Of a DNA stretch of 64,000 nt, positions 9,103 through 18,359 are shown one piece after another. Origin of the DNA: Candidatus Coprovivens sp. (GTDB taxonomy: Bacteria > Bacillota_I > Bacilli_A > RF39 > UBA660); NCBI GenBank assembly GCA_051892935.1, contig JBJFGS010000025.1:85346-149345 (forward strand), in the 5' to 3' direction. A model generated the notes under the pieces. The model was not told the origin of the DNA. It was given only the letters and a program-made list of their open reading frames with translations, and did no database searches. A program made the translations under genes and the position numbers. How positions within the stretch are numbered: the first letter of the stretch is position 1; each line of letters begins with the position of its first letter.

Positions 9103-9185
9103 AATTAAATATTTTATAAAAAATAAATACTATTATTCATAATAATTATATTTATAAAGTTTAAAAAAGCTCATATTAAAAACTT

Positions 9186-9914
9186 CTATAAAGATATGAT
9201 AATTATTATAATTCCAAATATAATCCCCATAATAAGCCATTTATAACATTTATAAGAGATTCCTTCTTTTAAAATTTTTAAAACACTAAGACTAATCATA
9301 ATACCACCAGTAATTATTAGAATAATACTCATAATAAAATCATTAATAAAATTATTTAAAAAAATAATACTAAATAAAGCACCAAAAACTTCCCCCATAG
9401 AACTAATAATAGTCATAAAAAAAGCTTTCCCCCTACTTCCAGTACTATAATAAATAGGTAAACTAATACATATTCCTTCCGGAATATTATGAATCATAAT
9501 AATAAAACTCATCTTCAAACCTAAAGAAAGATTATTACTACTAGTTAAAGCACAAATAACTCCTTCAGGAACATTATGAACAAATAAACTAAGCATACTA
9601 AGAATACCTATCTTATATAAGCTACTCTCCCCTACAATATTTCTATCAATAACAAAAACAATTATATAACCAATCAATAATAAAATTAAACCATACACAA
9701 AAATACCAAATATACTAAAATCATTATTAACCAATAATAAACCATCAGGAATTAATTCTATAATAGAGATTAAAAACATAACTATAAAAGATAACCCCAT
9801 TGAAAAAGAGATTAACTTATTTTTATATTTTACATCAATAAATAATAGTATATTTCCTAATATAGTAGCAAATCCAGCTATAAAAGTTATAATTAAAGGA
9901 TAAATATTTTTCAT
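9186..9914 (-). CDS. ZIP-family (ZupT-like) metal transporter
   Basis: HNVPEG and HNIPEG signature motifs; about 8 TM segments. Confidence 0.9.
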   Translation of the reverse strand: MKNIYPLIITFIAGFATILGNILLFIDVKYKNKLISFSMGLSFIVMFLISIIELIPDGLLLVNNDFSIFGIFVYGLILLLIGYIIVFVIDRNIVGESSLYKIGILSMLSLFVHNVPEGVICALTSSNNLSLGLKMSFIIMIHNIPEGICISLPIYYSTGSRGKAFFMTIISSMGEVFGALFSIIFLNNFINDFIMSIILIITGGIMISLSVLKILKEGISYKCYKWLIMGIIFGIIIIIISL

Positions 9915-9997
9915 AGTAAATTATATTCAATAAATTACCAACTATTACCATAATATATTATTAAATATAGCTAATAATAGTATTAGGAGGTTAGATT

Positions 9998-10123
9998 ATG
10001 AGCAGAAAAGAAAATAATCAAAAATCTTCTAGTAGATGTAATAATAATGCTAGAAGCAAAGAAAGATCTAATGCTAGATCAAATGAACAAAAACAATCTG
10101 GATCAAAAAGCCAAAATAAGTAA
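9998..10123 (+). CDS. 41-aa hydrophilic basic peptide (small acid-soluble-protein-like)
   Basis: AGGAGG RBS, then MSRKENNQKSSSRCNNNARSKERSNARSNEQKQSGSKSQNK; followed by a terminator hairpin at 10131-10156. Confidence 0.6.
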   Translation: MSRKENNQKSSSRCNNNARSKERSNARSNEQKQSGSKSQNK

Positions 10124-10154
10124 TCAAAATAAAAAGAACTATTTTTTAGTTCTT

Positions 10155-10778
10155 TTATTTTTTTACCAAACAAGTAACTGCTTCTCTATCTTTTGTCTCA
10201 CTATTAACATAATAGCAAGTACATAAATTTTCCCTGCAGCTACCACAATCAACAGCAGTAGCACATTTCGTTAATCTAATTTTCTCGCTATTTTGAGGGC
10301 TAACTGAACCAGGGTTATTAACAACTTTTTCTAAACCTGCAACTTTAGTTGCTCCTTGCTTATTTAAATTAGTATATGAACTAGGAATAATTATAGTAAA
10401 GCCATCATCGCACTTAGTTTCATACAAATTAGTAAGTTTTTCGTTAAGTACTTTAAATTCAGCCAATTGAGCGATACATGAATTTAAATTTATATTATCA
10501 CAATAATATTTATTATCTAAGTAAGTAAACCAACTACCAACTATATCCAAACTATAATTCTGTATTTCTTTTCTTTTAGCATCTTCTTTTTTATATTCCT
10601 CAAGTAATTCTATTACAGGTTCTAGTTCACTTACACTTCCACTAACATAATACTTAGTCAAACTATTCGTAACAATCTCCGTATAATCTGAAGTTTTAAA
10701 ATCAATAATTTTTTTACCTCCAAAAATAATTCCTACAATCAATAATATTATTAGTATAATAGGTAAAGCCTTTTTCAT
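10155..10778 (-). CDS. Membrane-anchored protein with Cys-rich C-terminus
   Basis: N-terminal TM; C-terminal C..C..C..C.C...C cluster; coupled to the xerD stop. Confidence 0.65.
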   Translation of the reverse strand: MKKALPIILIILLIVGIIFGGKKIIDFKTSDYTEIVTNSLTKYYVSGSVSELEPVIELLEEYKKEDAKRKEIQNYSLDIVGSWFTYLDNKYYCDNINLNSCIAQLAEFKVLNEKLTNLYETKCDDGFTIIIPSSYTNLNKQGATKVAGLEKVVNNPGSVSPQNSEKIRLTKCATAVDCGSCRENLCTCYYVNSETKDREAVTCLVKK

Positions 10779-11677
10779 AAATCCTCCTTATAAATTTTAT
10801 TTCTTGGATGACATTGATAATCACTCTTTATTTTCTCATTTACTAAATGAGCATATATTTGTGTAGTAGATATATCTTCGTGTCCAAGTAATTCTTGTAT
10901 AATTCTCAAATCTGCCCCATTTTTTAATAAATGAGTAGCAAAAGAATGTCTAAGTACATGAGGAGATACATTTTTCTCTATTCCAGCTCTTTTACATTCT
11001 TTCTTTAATATTTTAAAAAATCCTTGCCTACTTATATTAGTCAAACTATTAGAAATAAACAAATAATCGGATACTTTATCTTTTAAAATAATATTTCTAT
11101 ATTCCGTAACATAAATAGTCAAATATTTTAAAGCTAAATCAGTAACAGGAACTATTCTTTCCTTTTTGCCTTTCCCCATAACTCTTATAAAACAATTTTG
11201 AACATCAACATCAATTAATTTTAAATTACACAATTCAGTTATTCTAAGCCCTGTTGCATAAAGTAATTCTAACATTGCTTTATTTCGATAGTCATAAGGG
11301 GTTAATAAGTTTATATTAAGTAACTTATTTACTTCATCTTCAGTTAAATAAGTTGGTAATTTCCTAGCATTCTTAGGACTAGAAATATTACTACAAGGAT
11401 TTTCCTTTATAATATTATCATTAACTAAAAAAGTATAAAAAGAATTAATAACTGTTGTATAATGAGAAATAGTTCTAGAATTCTTATCTTGTATTGTAGC
11501 AATATATTTTTTTAAATCATCATAAGTATTATTAACGACATTTCCTTTAAAGAAAATATCAAAGTCTTTAAGATCATTTAAATAACTCTTTAAAGTATTA
11601 TTAGATAACTTTCTTTCGAATTCTAAATACTTTAAATACTTATTAATATATTCACTAGGAACATATTCATCTTTCAT
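10775..11677 (-). CDS. xerD: Tyrosine recombinase XerD
   Basis: ELLYATGLRITEL, GKGKKERIVP, SPHVLRHSFATHLL, LLGHEDISTTQIYAH; 300 aa; adjacent to dif. Confidence 0.9.
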   Translation of the reverse strand: MKDEYVPSEYINKYLKYLEFERKLSNNTLKSYLNDLKDFDIFFKGNVVNNTYDDLKKYIATIQDKNSRTISHYTTVINSFYTFLVNDNIIKENPCSNISSPKNARKLPTYLTEDEVNKLLNINLLTPYDYRNKAMLELLYATGLRITELCNLKLIDVDVQNCFIRVMGKGKKERIVPVTDLALKYLTIYVTEYRNIILKDKVSDYLFISNSLTNISRQGFFKILKKECKRAGIEKNVSPHVLRHSFATHLLKNGADLRIIQELLGHEDISTTQIYAHLVNEKIKSDYQCHPRNKIYKEDL

Positions 11678-11756
11678 ATTACCACCCTACTATTAAAATT
11701 ATATAAAATTTCTCATAAAAAGTAAATTACTAAAAAAGATAATCTTTCGATTACCT

Positions 11757-12803
11757 TTAACAACCCCCAGCACCTACCCACATATCTTCAGAATAAGTAT
11801 TTATTATCTCTTCTTTTAATTTACCATTATTAATAGAAAGTTTAAATTCAGTAAAAATATCACAACTTCCAACAACATAATAAATATAATTATCTCCAAT
11901 ATCAAGATAAGAATCAGTATAAATCATATATGAAGTTTTAGTTTCACCAGTAACATCATCATCAATTGTAGTTTCAACCGCTTTAGTATAATTCATTTTT
12001 AAAGTATATTCTTTATCTACATATATACCTTGTAAACTAAAGTAAGAAAGTTGATTTATAATCTCCTTTAAAACAACTCCATCACTATTCAAAATATATG
12101 CAATATTTTCATAAGTGTTTCTATGATTAAAAATATTATTATCCGATATAATATCATTGTTATTTCCTAAAAATAACACTAAGTACTCATCTTTTTCATC
12201 TTCCGACTTAAATGTTTTAGAAACATATAAATTATCGTTAAAATAATTATCTATAACACTAGAATCAGTAAAAACAGAAACAATAGATATATCAATAGAT
12301 TTATTTCCAGCTAAAAATACTTCTCGTCTTAAAACATAATAATCTTTTGAATCATTATCATCAAAATCAGCTTCTACATATGATTCTTTATCCAAATAAT
12401 AATAAAATATTAATGGAACTTTATGTCCATTTAAAACAGCCTCTTTATTAACTTCTTTATAGAATGTATATTTATCATTTTTTACTGGAGGCAATAATTC
12501 TTTGTTTTCATCCAAATTATCTTTTAAATCAAGATTTTCTTTACTTTGATTATCTTTTTCTAAAGTGTTATCATTTTTTGCATGCATTAAATACAAATTC
12601 CATCCACCAAAACCAATAATACCTATCAATATCAGGAATAACAATACAATCAAAAAAACATTACTTTTCCTTTTTTTAGGCATGACATCTTTAGGGATAG
12701 TTACACCATTGTTTCCATTTTCTTCTAAAACTTCATTAGATCTACTAGGTCTAATAACATTATTATTCACTTCCAACACCTCACTACTATTAAATAATAA
12801 CAC
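11757..12803 (-). CDS. Membrane-anchored extracellular hypothetical protein
   Basis: KKRK followed by a TM helix, acidic beta-rich body, ends GAGGC. Likely start is GTG 12770. Confidence 0.65.
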   Translation of the reverse strand: MLLFNSSEVLEVNNNVIRPSRSNEVLEENGNNGVTIPKDVMPKKRKSNVFLIVLLFLILIGIIGFGGWNLYLMHAKNDNTLEKDNQSKENLDLKDNLDENKELLPPVKNDKYTFYKEVNKEAVLNGHKVPLIFYYYLDKESYVEADFDDNDSKDYYVLRREVFLAGNKSIDISIVSVFTDSSVIDNYFNDNLYVSKTFKSEDEKDEYLVLFLGNNNDIISDNNIFNHRNTYENIAYILNSDGVVLKEIINQLSYFSLQGIYVDKEYTLKMNYTKAVETTIDDDVTGETKTSYMIYTDSYLDIGDNYIYYVVGSCDIFTEFKLSINNGKLKEEIINTYSEDMWVGAGGC

Positions 12804-12866
12804 AAAATACCTAAAAAAAATAAAAAAATATCAAATTTTCTTATATTTTGTTATAATTAATTATAG

Positions 12867-14075
12867 GTGATCAATATGGAAGTACTTGCAGACAAACTAA
12901 GACCACAATGTATCAACGACATAATTGGTCAAAAACATCTTGTTGGTGAAAATAAAATAATCAGAAATTTAGTAGAAAATAATCACATTGTAAGTATGAT
13001 ATTATATGGAAAACCAGGTATAGGAAAAACTTCAATAGCTTGTGCCATTGCTCAAGAAATAAAAAAACCATACCGTATGTTAAATGCAACCATAAATAAC
13101 AAGCAAGACTTTGATATAGTAATTGAAGAAGCTAAAATGAACGGTGAAATGATTGTTATAATGGATGAAATACATCGTCTAAATAAAGACAAACAAGACT
13201 TATTACTTCCATATATTGAAAATGGTTTAATAATTCTTATAGGAATGACAACATCGAATCCATATCATAAAATAAATCCAGCAATTAGAAGTCGTTGTCA
13301 AATATTCGAATTAAAAGAACTTACAATAGAAGATATAAAAGAAGGACTAGACAGAGCATCAAAGCATTTAAAAGGTCTTATAATAGACGAAGATGCCAAA
13401 AATACAATTGCTCGTTTATCATCAGGTGATTTAAGGAACGCCATAAATTTACTGGAAGTATCATATTATGCTACTAAAGATAAACATATAACATTAGAAG
13501 TCGTTGAAAAAATAAATGCCAAAGCTGTCTTTTTTTCAGATGCTAATGAAGATGCCCACTACGATGTATTATCAGGACTTCAAAAATCAATAAGAGGATC
13601 AGATGTTGATGCATCACTACACTACTTAGCTAGATTAATTACCGAAGGAGATTTAGATAGTATATATAGAAGATTAAGCGTTATCGCTTATGAAGATATA
13701 GGGCTTGCAAATCCAGGAATAGGACCTAAAGTAATTGCAGCTATCGAAGCGGCAGAACTTGTTGGACTACCAGAAGCTAGAATACCATTAGGAACTATTG
13801 TTACAGAAATGGCCTTAAGCCCTAAAAGTAATAGCGCCCACATTGCCCTAGATGCTGCACTATCAGATATAGAATCAGGAACAACGGGAAACTTACCAGA
13901 ACACATAAAAACAAATTCGCCACTATATAAGTACCCTCACGACTATCCAAATGCTTGGGTAAATCAACAATATCTTCCAGATAACATAAAAAATAAAAAA
14001 TACTATAAACCTAAAAACAATAAATACGAATTAAATTTAAATAAAATACATTCAGAAATGAAAGGTGGAAAATAA
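12867..14075 (+). CDS. rarA: Replication-associated recombination protein RarA/MgsA
   Basis: LADKLRP, GKPGIGKT, DEIHRLNK, SGLQKSIRGSD, YEDIGLA, YKYPHDY. Confidence 0.95.
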   Translation: MINMEVLADKLRPQCINDIIGQKHLVGENKIIRNLVENNHIVSMILYGKPGIGKTSIACAIAQEIKKPYRMLNATINNKQDFDIVIEEAKMNGEMIVIMDEIHRLNKDKQDLLLPYIENGLIILIGMTTSNPYHKINPAIRSRCQIFELKELTIEDIKEGLDRASKHLKGLIIDEDAKNTIARLSSGDLRNAINLLEVSYYATKDKHITLEVVEKINAKAVFFSDANEDAHYDVLSGLQKSIRGSDVDASLHYLARLITEGDLDSIYRRLSVIAYEDIGLANPGIGPKVIAAIEAAELVGLPEARIPLGTIVTEMALSPKSNSAHIALDAALSDIESGTTGNLPEHIKTNSPLYKYPHDYPNAWVNQQYLPDNIKNKKYYKPKNNKYELNLNKIHSEMKGGK

Positions 14076-15057
14076 AATGAAAATAGCCCTAATAGGAACT
14101 GGAGTTTATGGACTTGCAATTGCCATGGCCATAAGTAAAAACCATAAAGATATAACAATGTGGACAGAATCAGATGAAAGATACGAAAAATACATAAAAG
14201 ATGGTAAAGTACTAAAAGACATAATACCTAACATAGAAGCACCCAAAAACATAAAACTTACCATATCATACGAAAAAGCCGTAAAAGATGCTGATATAGT
14301 ATTTATAACATCAACTGCAGCATTCGTAGGAAGCATATGCAAAAATATCAATCCATTTATTACTAAAAAAACTGTTGTATGTATCGCTTCAAAAGGAATA
14401 GAAAACACATCGTGTGCCTTCTTAAGTGATATCGCCTACGAAAACTTAAAAACAAAACATATAGCGATAATTTCAGGCCCCTCATTTGCAATTGATATGG
14501 CCTCAAACAACCCAGTTGGATTATCACTAGCATCTCATAGTAGAAAAGCAACAAAACTAATAAAAAATGCTTTAGAAAACGATACATTAAAACTAAGACC
14601 AACTAATGATCTTATAGGTGTCCAAATATGTGGCTCAGTAAAAAATATTATAGCAGTAGCAGCTGGAATGTTAGATGGAATGAATTATCCAGAATCTACT
14701 CAAAGTTTTTTAATAACTGAAGCTTTAAATGATATAAAAAATCTAATAGGAGCCTTAGGAGGAAATCCCAGAACCATTACATCATTTGCTGGTGTTGGAG
14801 ACTTACTACTAACATGTACATCAACCAAAAGTAGAAACTTCTCCTTCGGAAGAATAATTGGTCAAGGTGCAACCAAAGAAGAAAAAGAAGAACATCTAAA
14901 AAATAACACAGTCGAAGGATACTACACATTAAAAAGCATTTACAAACTAATTAAAAATAAAAAAATAAAAATGCCTATAATAGATTTAATTTACAAAATA
15001 GTAATGAATGATGAAGATCCACAATTACTTATTTCATTCTTAGTAAACAAAAAATAA
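14065..15057 (+). CDS. gpsA: NAD(P)H-dependent glycerol-3-phosphate dehydrogenase
   Basis: IGTGVYG, SKGIE, SGPSFA, KNIIA, GVGDLLLTC..SRN, VEG. Confidence 0.93.
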   Translation: MENKMKIALIGTGVYGLAIAMAISKNHKDITMWTESDERYEKYIKDGKVLKDIIPNIEAPKNIKLTISYEKAVKDADIVFITSTAAFVGSICKNINPFITKKTVVCIASKGIENTSCAFLSDIAYENLKTKHIAIISGPSFAIDMASNNPVGLSLASHSRKATKLIKNALENDTLKLRPTNDLIGVQICGSVKNIIAVAAGMLDGMNYPESTQSFLITEALNDIKNLIGALGGNPRTITSFAGVGDLLLTCTSTKSRNFSFGRIIGQGATKEEKEEHLKNNTVEGYYTLKSIYKLIKNKKIKMPIIDLIYKIVMNDEDPQLLISFLVNKK

Positions 15058-15096
15058 AGTATAAATTCATACTTTATTTTTTTATAAAAAAGACTA

Positions 15097-15312
15097 CTAT
15101 TCAGTAGTCTTATCCTCATCATGTTCATCTTCATATAAATCTAAATAATCATTTATAGTTTCTTTAATCTTATTAGCTTCCTCTTCATCCTTAGCATTAG
15201 ATAGTAAAAAATCTAAATAAGTCGTTTTTTCACAAAAAGTTAAATCAGGATTAGTAAGAGTACTATCTTTCATAACTTCAGAAACATTTTCTAATTCTTC
15301 ATTTTCATTCAT
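15097..15312 (-). CDS. Small acidic hypothetical protein
   Basis: GGAAGTGG RBS, ATG 15312; overlaps the tcdA stop. Confidence 0.55.
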   Translation of the reverse strand: MNENEELENVSEVMKDSTLTNPDLTFCEKTTYLDFLLSNAKDEEEANKIKETINDYLDLYEDEHDEDKTTE

Positions 15313-16000
15313 GATAACCACTTCCATTATTAATTATATCATTAAAAACATAACTTGCGATACAAAAACCAGCAGCATTAGGCACAAAACTTACAGAACC
15401 AGGAGTTCTAGACTGAATCTTCCTAGGTAATTCTTGAGAACACAAAACAGGTAATTTATACTTAATGCCATTATCTCTCATCATCTTACGAATAACTTTA
15501 GCAACAGGATCATTCTGCGTTTTCCATATATTAGTAATCTCTAATTTAGTAGGATCAACTCTATTACCAGTACCCATACTACTAATAATTCTTATATTAT
15601 ATTGTAAAGCTTTCTTTATTAATAATAACTTTGTTGACATAGTATCACAACAATCAATAATATAATCAAACTTAGAATAATCTAAAACGTCAATATTAGC
15701 TTCATTTAAAAACATTTCATAAGAATCAACACTTATATCATGATTAATCAATTTAGCTCTTAAAGAAGCTTCATTTACTTTAGAACAACCTATATTATTA
15801 ATATTACACAATAATTGTCTATTTAAATTAGATTTACTAAATACATCACCATCTACTATAGTTAATCTCTTAATCCCCATTCTAACTAAAGCTTCAAAAC
15901 AAGCCCCACCTACTCCACCAACACCAACAATTAAAATATTACTATTACAAAAAGCATTCAGCTCATCATCACTAAAAAGTAATTTACAACGTTCCAACAT
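15305..16000 (-). CDS. tcdA: tRNA threonylcarbamoyladenosine dehydratase (ThiF family, YrvM-like)
   Basis: GVGGVG, SNLNRQ, IIDCCD, SSMGTG..DP, GSVSFVP; position between 6S RNA and rarA as in B. subtilis. Confidence 0.88.
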   Translation of the reverse strand: MLERCKLLFSDDELNAFCNSNILIVGVGGVGGACFEALVRMGIKRLTIVDGDVFSKSNLNRQLLCNINNIGCSKVNEASLRAKLINHDISVDSYEMFLNEANIDVLDYSKFDYIIDCCDTMSTKLLLIKKALQYNIRIISSMGTGNRVDPTKLEITNIWKTQNDPVAKVIRKMMRDNGIKYKLPVLCSQELPRKIQSRTPGSVSFVPNAAGFCIASYVFNDIINNGSGYHE

Positions 16001-16043
16001 AAAATCACCCAATAAAGTATATCATATTTTAAAACACAAAAAA

Positions 16044-16214
16044 ACTCAAGGGATACCTACCTGTGATAAAAAACCTGCACTAAACAGGTGGGCATCACAT
16101 GAACTGCTTTAGGATCCCTACACTTAAAAAGCAAGGTCTTCAACACCACAGTCAATTAGATTCCCAATAAATCACTTACTCGGTTTTTATGAAAAGTAAG
16201 CACTTACCTTGAGT
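16044..16214 (-). ncRNA. ssrS: 6S RNA
   Basis: Terminal pairing ACTCAAGG/CCTTGAGT; internal GGGA, GTTC and CCCACCTG..GCAGGTT elements of Firmicute 6S; ~170 nt; extended -10 TGTTATACT just upstream; sits upstream of tcdA like bsrA. Confidence 0.85.
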
Positions 16215-16273
16215 AATTAAAGTATAACATAAAAAAAGGAATAATACTAGTACTATTCACTTCCTTTACACAT

Positions 16274-18280
16274 TTACCCAACAGGTGGAATAAAATTAGG
16301 TTTAATTGTTCCATTATTACTAACTTGACCATTTGAAGAAACATTCGGCATCATCATATCTGGTTTAGAATTATCATAAAAATTAGTAATAACTTGAGAT
16401 TGAACTTCGTTAGTAGGCTGAGAAACAACATTACCTGTATCATTAGCAGATTTTGCATTTACCTGAGAAACAGCTACACCTCCACCACTCTGTTGATTAC
16501 CAGAATTATTAGAATTAGCAGCCGTTCCATGAACTTTCCAACAATTATTAACATCACATGAATTAGAATTAGGTGCAGGGTTAGGCATTTCCATTTTTAT
16601 AACCATTGGTAGCTTAAATGCTCCACCAAATCCAACACAATTACCTGGCTGTAAAATTTTCTGCTTTTCAATAACATCAGCAGAAATATTAGGTAACATC
16701 GTTCTAATATATTCAATATCCTTAGGATGTGTCATTTTAAATATTAAGAAATTACTACATTGAGCAATAACTGTTTCTGATATTTCTACAGGTCTTTGCG
16801 AAATTATATTAAGTAAAACTCCATACTTACGACCTTCTTTAGCAATTCTATCAAATATATTATATCCAATTAAGAAAACATCTGCATCCTTTTGAACATA
16901 TCTATGAGCTTCTTCCAAAAACAAATGAAACGGAATTTGTGCTCTTTGTTTTCTAGTCTTACAAAAATCAAAGAATATTCTAGCAATAATTTTAACAATA
17001 ATCTTCGCTTGAGTATCATCAATATCTTCCAAATTAATATTAATAACTTGTGCTTTCTTATTACCAACAGCAACTAACGAAGCAATATATGTTTCATAAG
17101 AAATATAAGTATCACATTTATATATATTAGCAATTTTACTATTTATCAAAGAATTTAATCTAACTTTTAATAACATAGAATCATCATATAATTGTTCATT
17201 ACTTTGGAAACCTTCACTTATTAAAGTAAACTCTAAAGCCGCAGCAAAATCTCTCATTGAATAAAAAGCATTAACTGGTTCTTCAGTCATTTCCAAATCT
17301 TCATCAATATGTTTTAAAATATAATCAGTAATTAAAACAGATTCTCCAAAATTACCATTACTATCTATTTCAAAACACTCAGATAACGTTCTAGTATAAC
17401 CCAATCCTTGAATAACACTATCAAAATTAAAATCGTTAGTATGGCATACTTCTAATACCTTAAATATTTCATTTTTCTTATTAGCAGTAATTTGATTACT
17501 ATATAAAATAGCAATTAATGCTTTCGCTATTAAATGATCTTTATATCTATTAGCTACTTCATCATCTTTACTAAATATTCTAGTTAACTTTAAAGACCTT
17601 TCTATGATAGGAATTTGACTATGTTTATCTGCTTGTAACATAATAGTTAAATCATCCATGTTTAATAAATGAAAAGGAATCTTTAATTCGTAATCAGATT
17701 CTTCTTGAATATTAGTTGTAATAAATTTATAACTATAATTAGGATTAATCTTACCTAAATCTCTAAAAGCAGTCTTATATTCACCATAAGCATCAAAAAT
17801 GAAAATATTAGCATTATAAGAAACTAAATTAGGATTAGAAAAGATATTTTGAACTAATCTTGCAACCCCACATGACTTACCTGAACCAGTATTTCCAAAT
17901 ACTGCCATATGATTAGCAAATAGATTATTAATATCAGCAAAAACATCATAATCAGTATAAATAGAGCTTCTTCCTAATTTAAATGTTGTCTCATCATAAA
18001 CCCCAACAATAGCACTAAGTTCTTGATCATTAATAGTTCTTATTTTACTAGATAAAACAGGCTTTCTAATAACACCTGATACATATCTCCCATTCATAAA
18101 TTCCCCAAGAAATCTTATTTTAATTATTTCATCAGTAACTTCTTCTACTTCACCCAAAATAGCTTGATTTGGAGCTTCAAAAACTACATGGACATTCATT
18201 AAATCTCCCATTTCTTCAGCTTTAGCTATAGTAGTAACGTGAGCTACGTTTCCAGAAATAAATTTAATATTACCAAACAT
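16274..18280 (-). CDS. HerA/DUF87-family ATPase with low-complexity C-terminal tail
   Basis: N-terminal HAS-barrel-like region, GNTGSGKS, FLEEAHRY, IAKEGRKYG, SQRP. Start refined to ATG 18280. Confidence 0.88.
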   Translation of the reverse strand: MFGNIKFISGNVAHVTTIAKAEEMGDLMNVHVVFEAPNQAILGEVEEVTDEIIKIRFLGEFMNGRYVSGVIRKPVLSSKIRTINDQELSAIVGVYDETTFKLGRSSIYTDYDVFADINNLFANHMAVFGNTGSGKSCGVARLVQNIFSNPNLVSYNANIFIFDAYGEYKTAFRDLGKINPNYSYKFITTNIQEESDYELKIPFHLLNMDDLTIMLQADKHSQIPIIERSLKLTRIFSKDDEVANRYKDHLIAKALIAILYSNQITANKKNEIFKVLEVCHTNDFNFDSVIQGLGYTRTLSECFEIDSNGNFGESVLITDYILKHIDEDLEMTEEPVNAFYSMRDFAAALEFTLISEGFQSNEQLYDDSMLLKVRLNSLINSKIANIYKCDTYISYETYIASLVAVGNKKAQVININLEDIDDTQAKIIVKIIARIFFDFCKTRKQRAQIPFHLFLEEAHRYVQKDADVFLIGYNIFDRIAKEGRKYGVLLNIISQRPVEISETVIAQCSNFLIFKMTHPKDIEYIRTMLPNISADVIEKQKILQPGNCVGFGGAFKLPMVIKMEMPNPAPNSNSCDVNNCWKVHGTAANSNNSGNQQSGGGVAVSQVNAKSANDTGNVVSQPTNEVQSQVITNFYDNSKPDMMMPNVSSNGQVSNNGTIKPNFIPPVG

Positions 18281-18359
18281 AACCAACACCTCTTTTATTA
18301 TATACAACTATATCTTAACACAAAACAAAAATAAATTAAATAAAAAAGAACTATTTTTC

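Noticed and set aside
8260-9185. RNase P RNA, tmRNA or SRP RNA in the long intergenic gap
   Set aside because: I found no GAGGAAAGTCC-type RNase P core, tRNA-like tmRNA ends or SRP motif on either strand.
10775-11677. Prophage or ICE integrase
   Set aside because: Length and motifs match housekeeping XerD, dif is adjacent, and no phage or conjugation genes are present.
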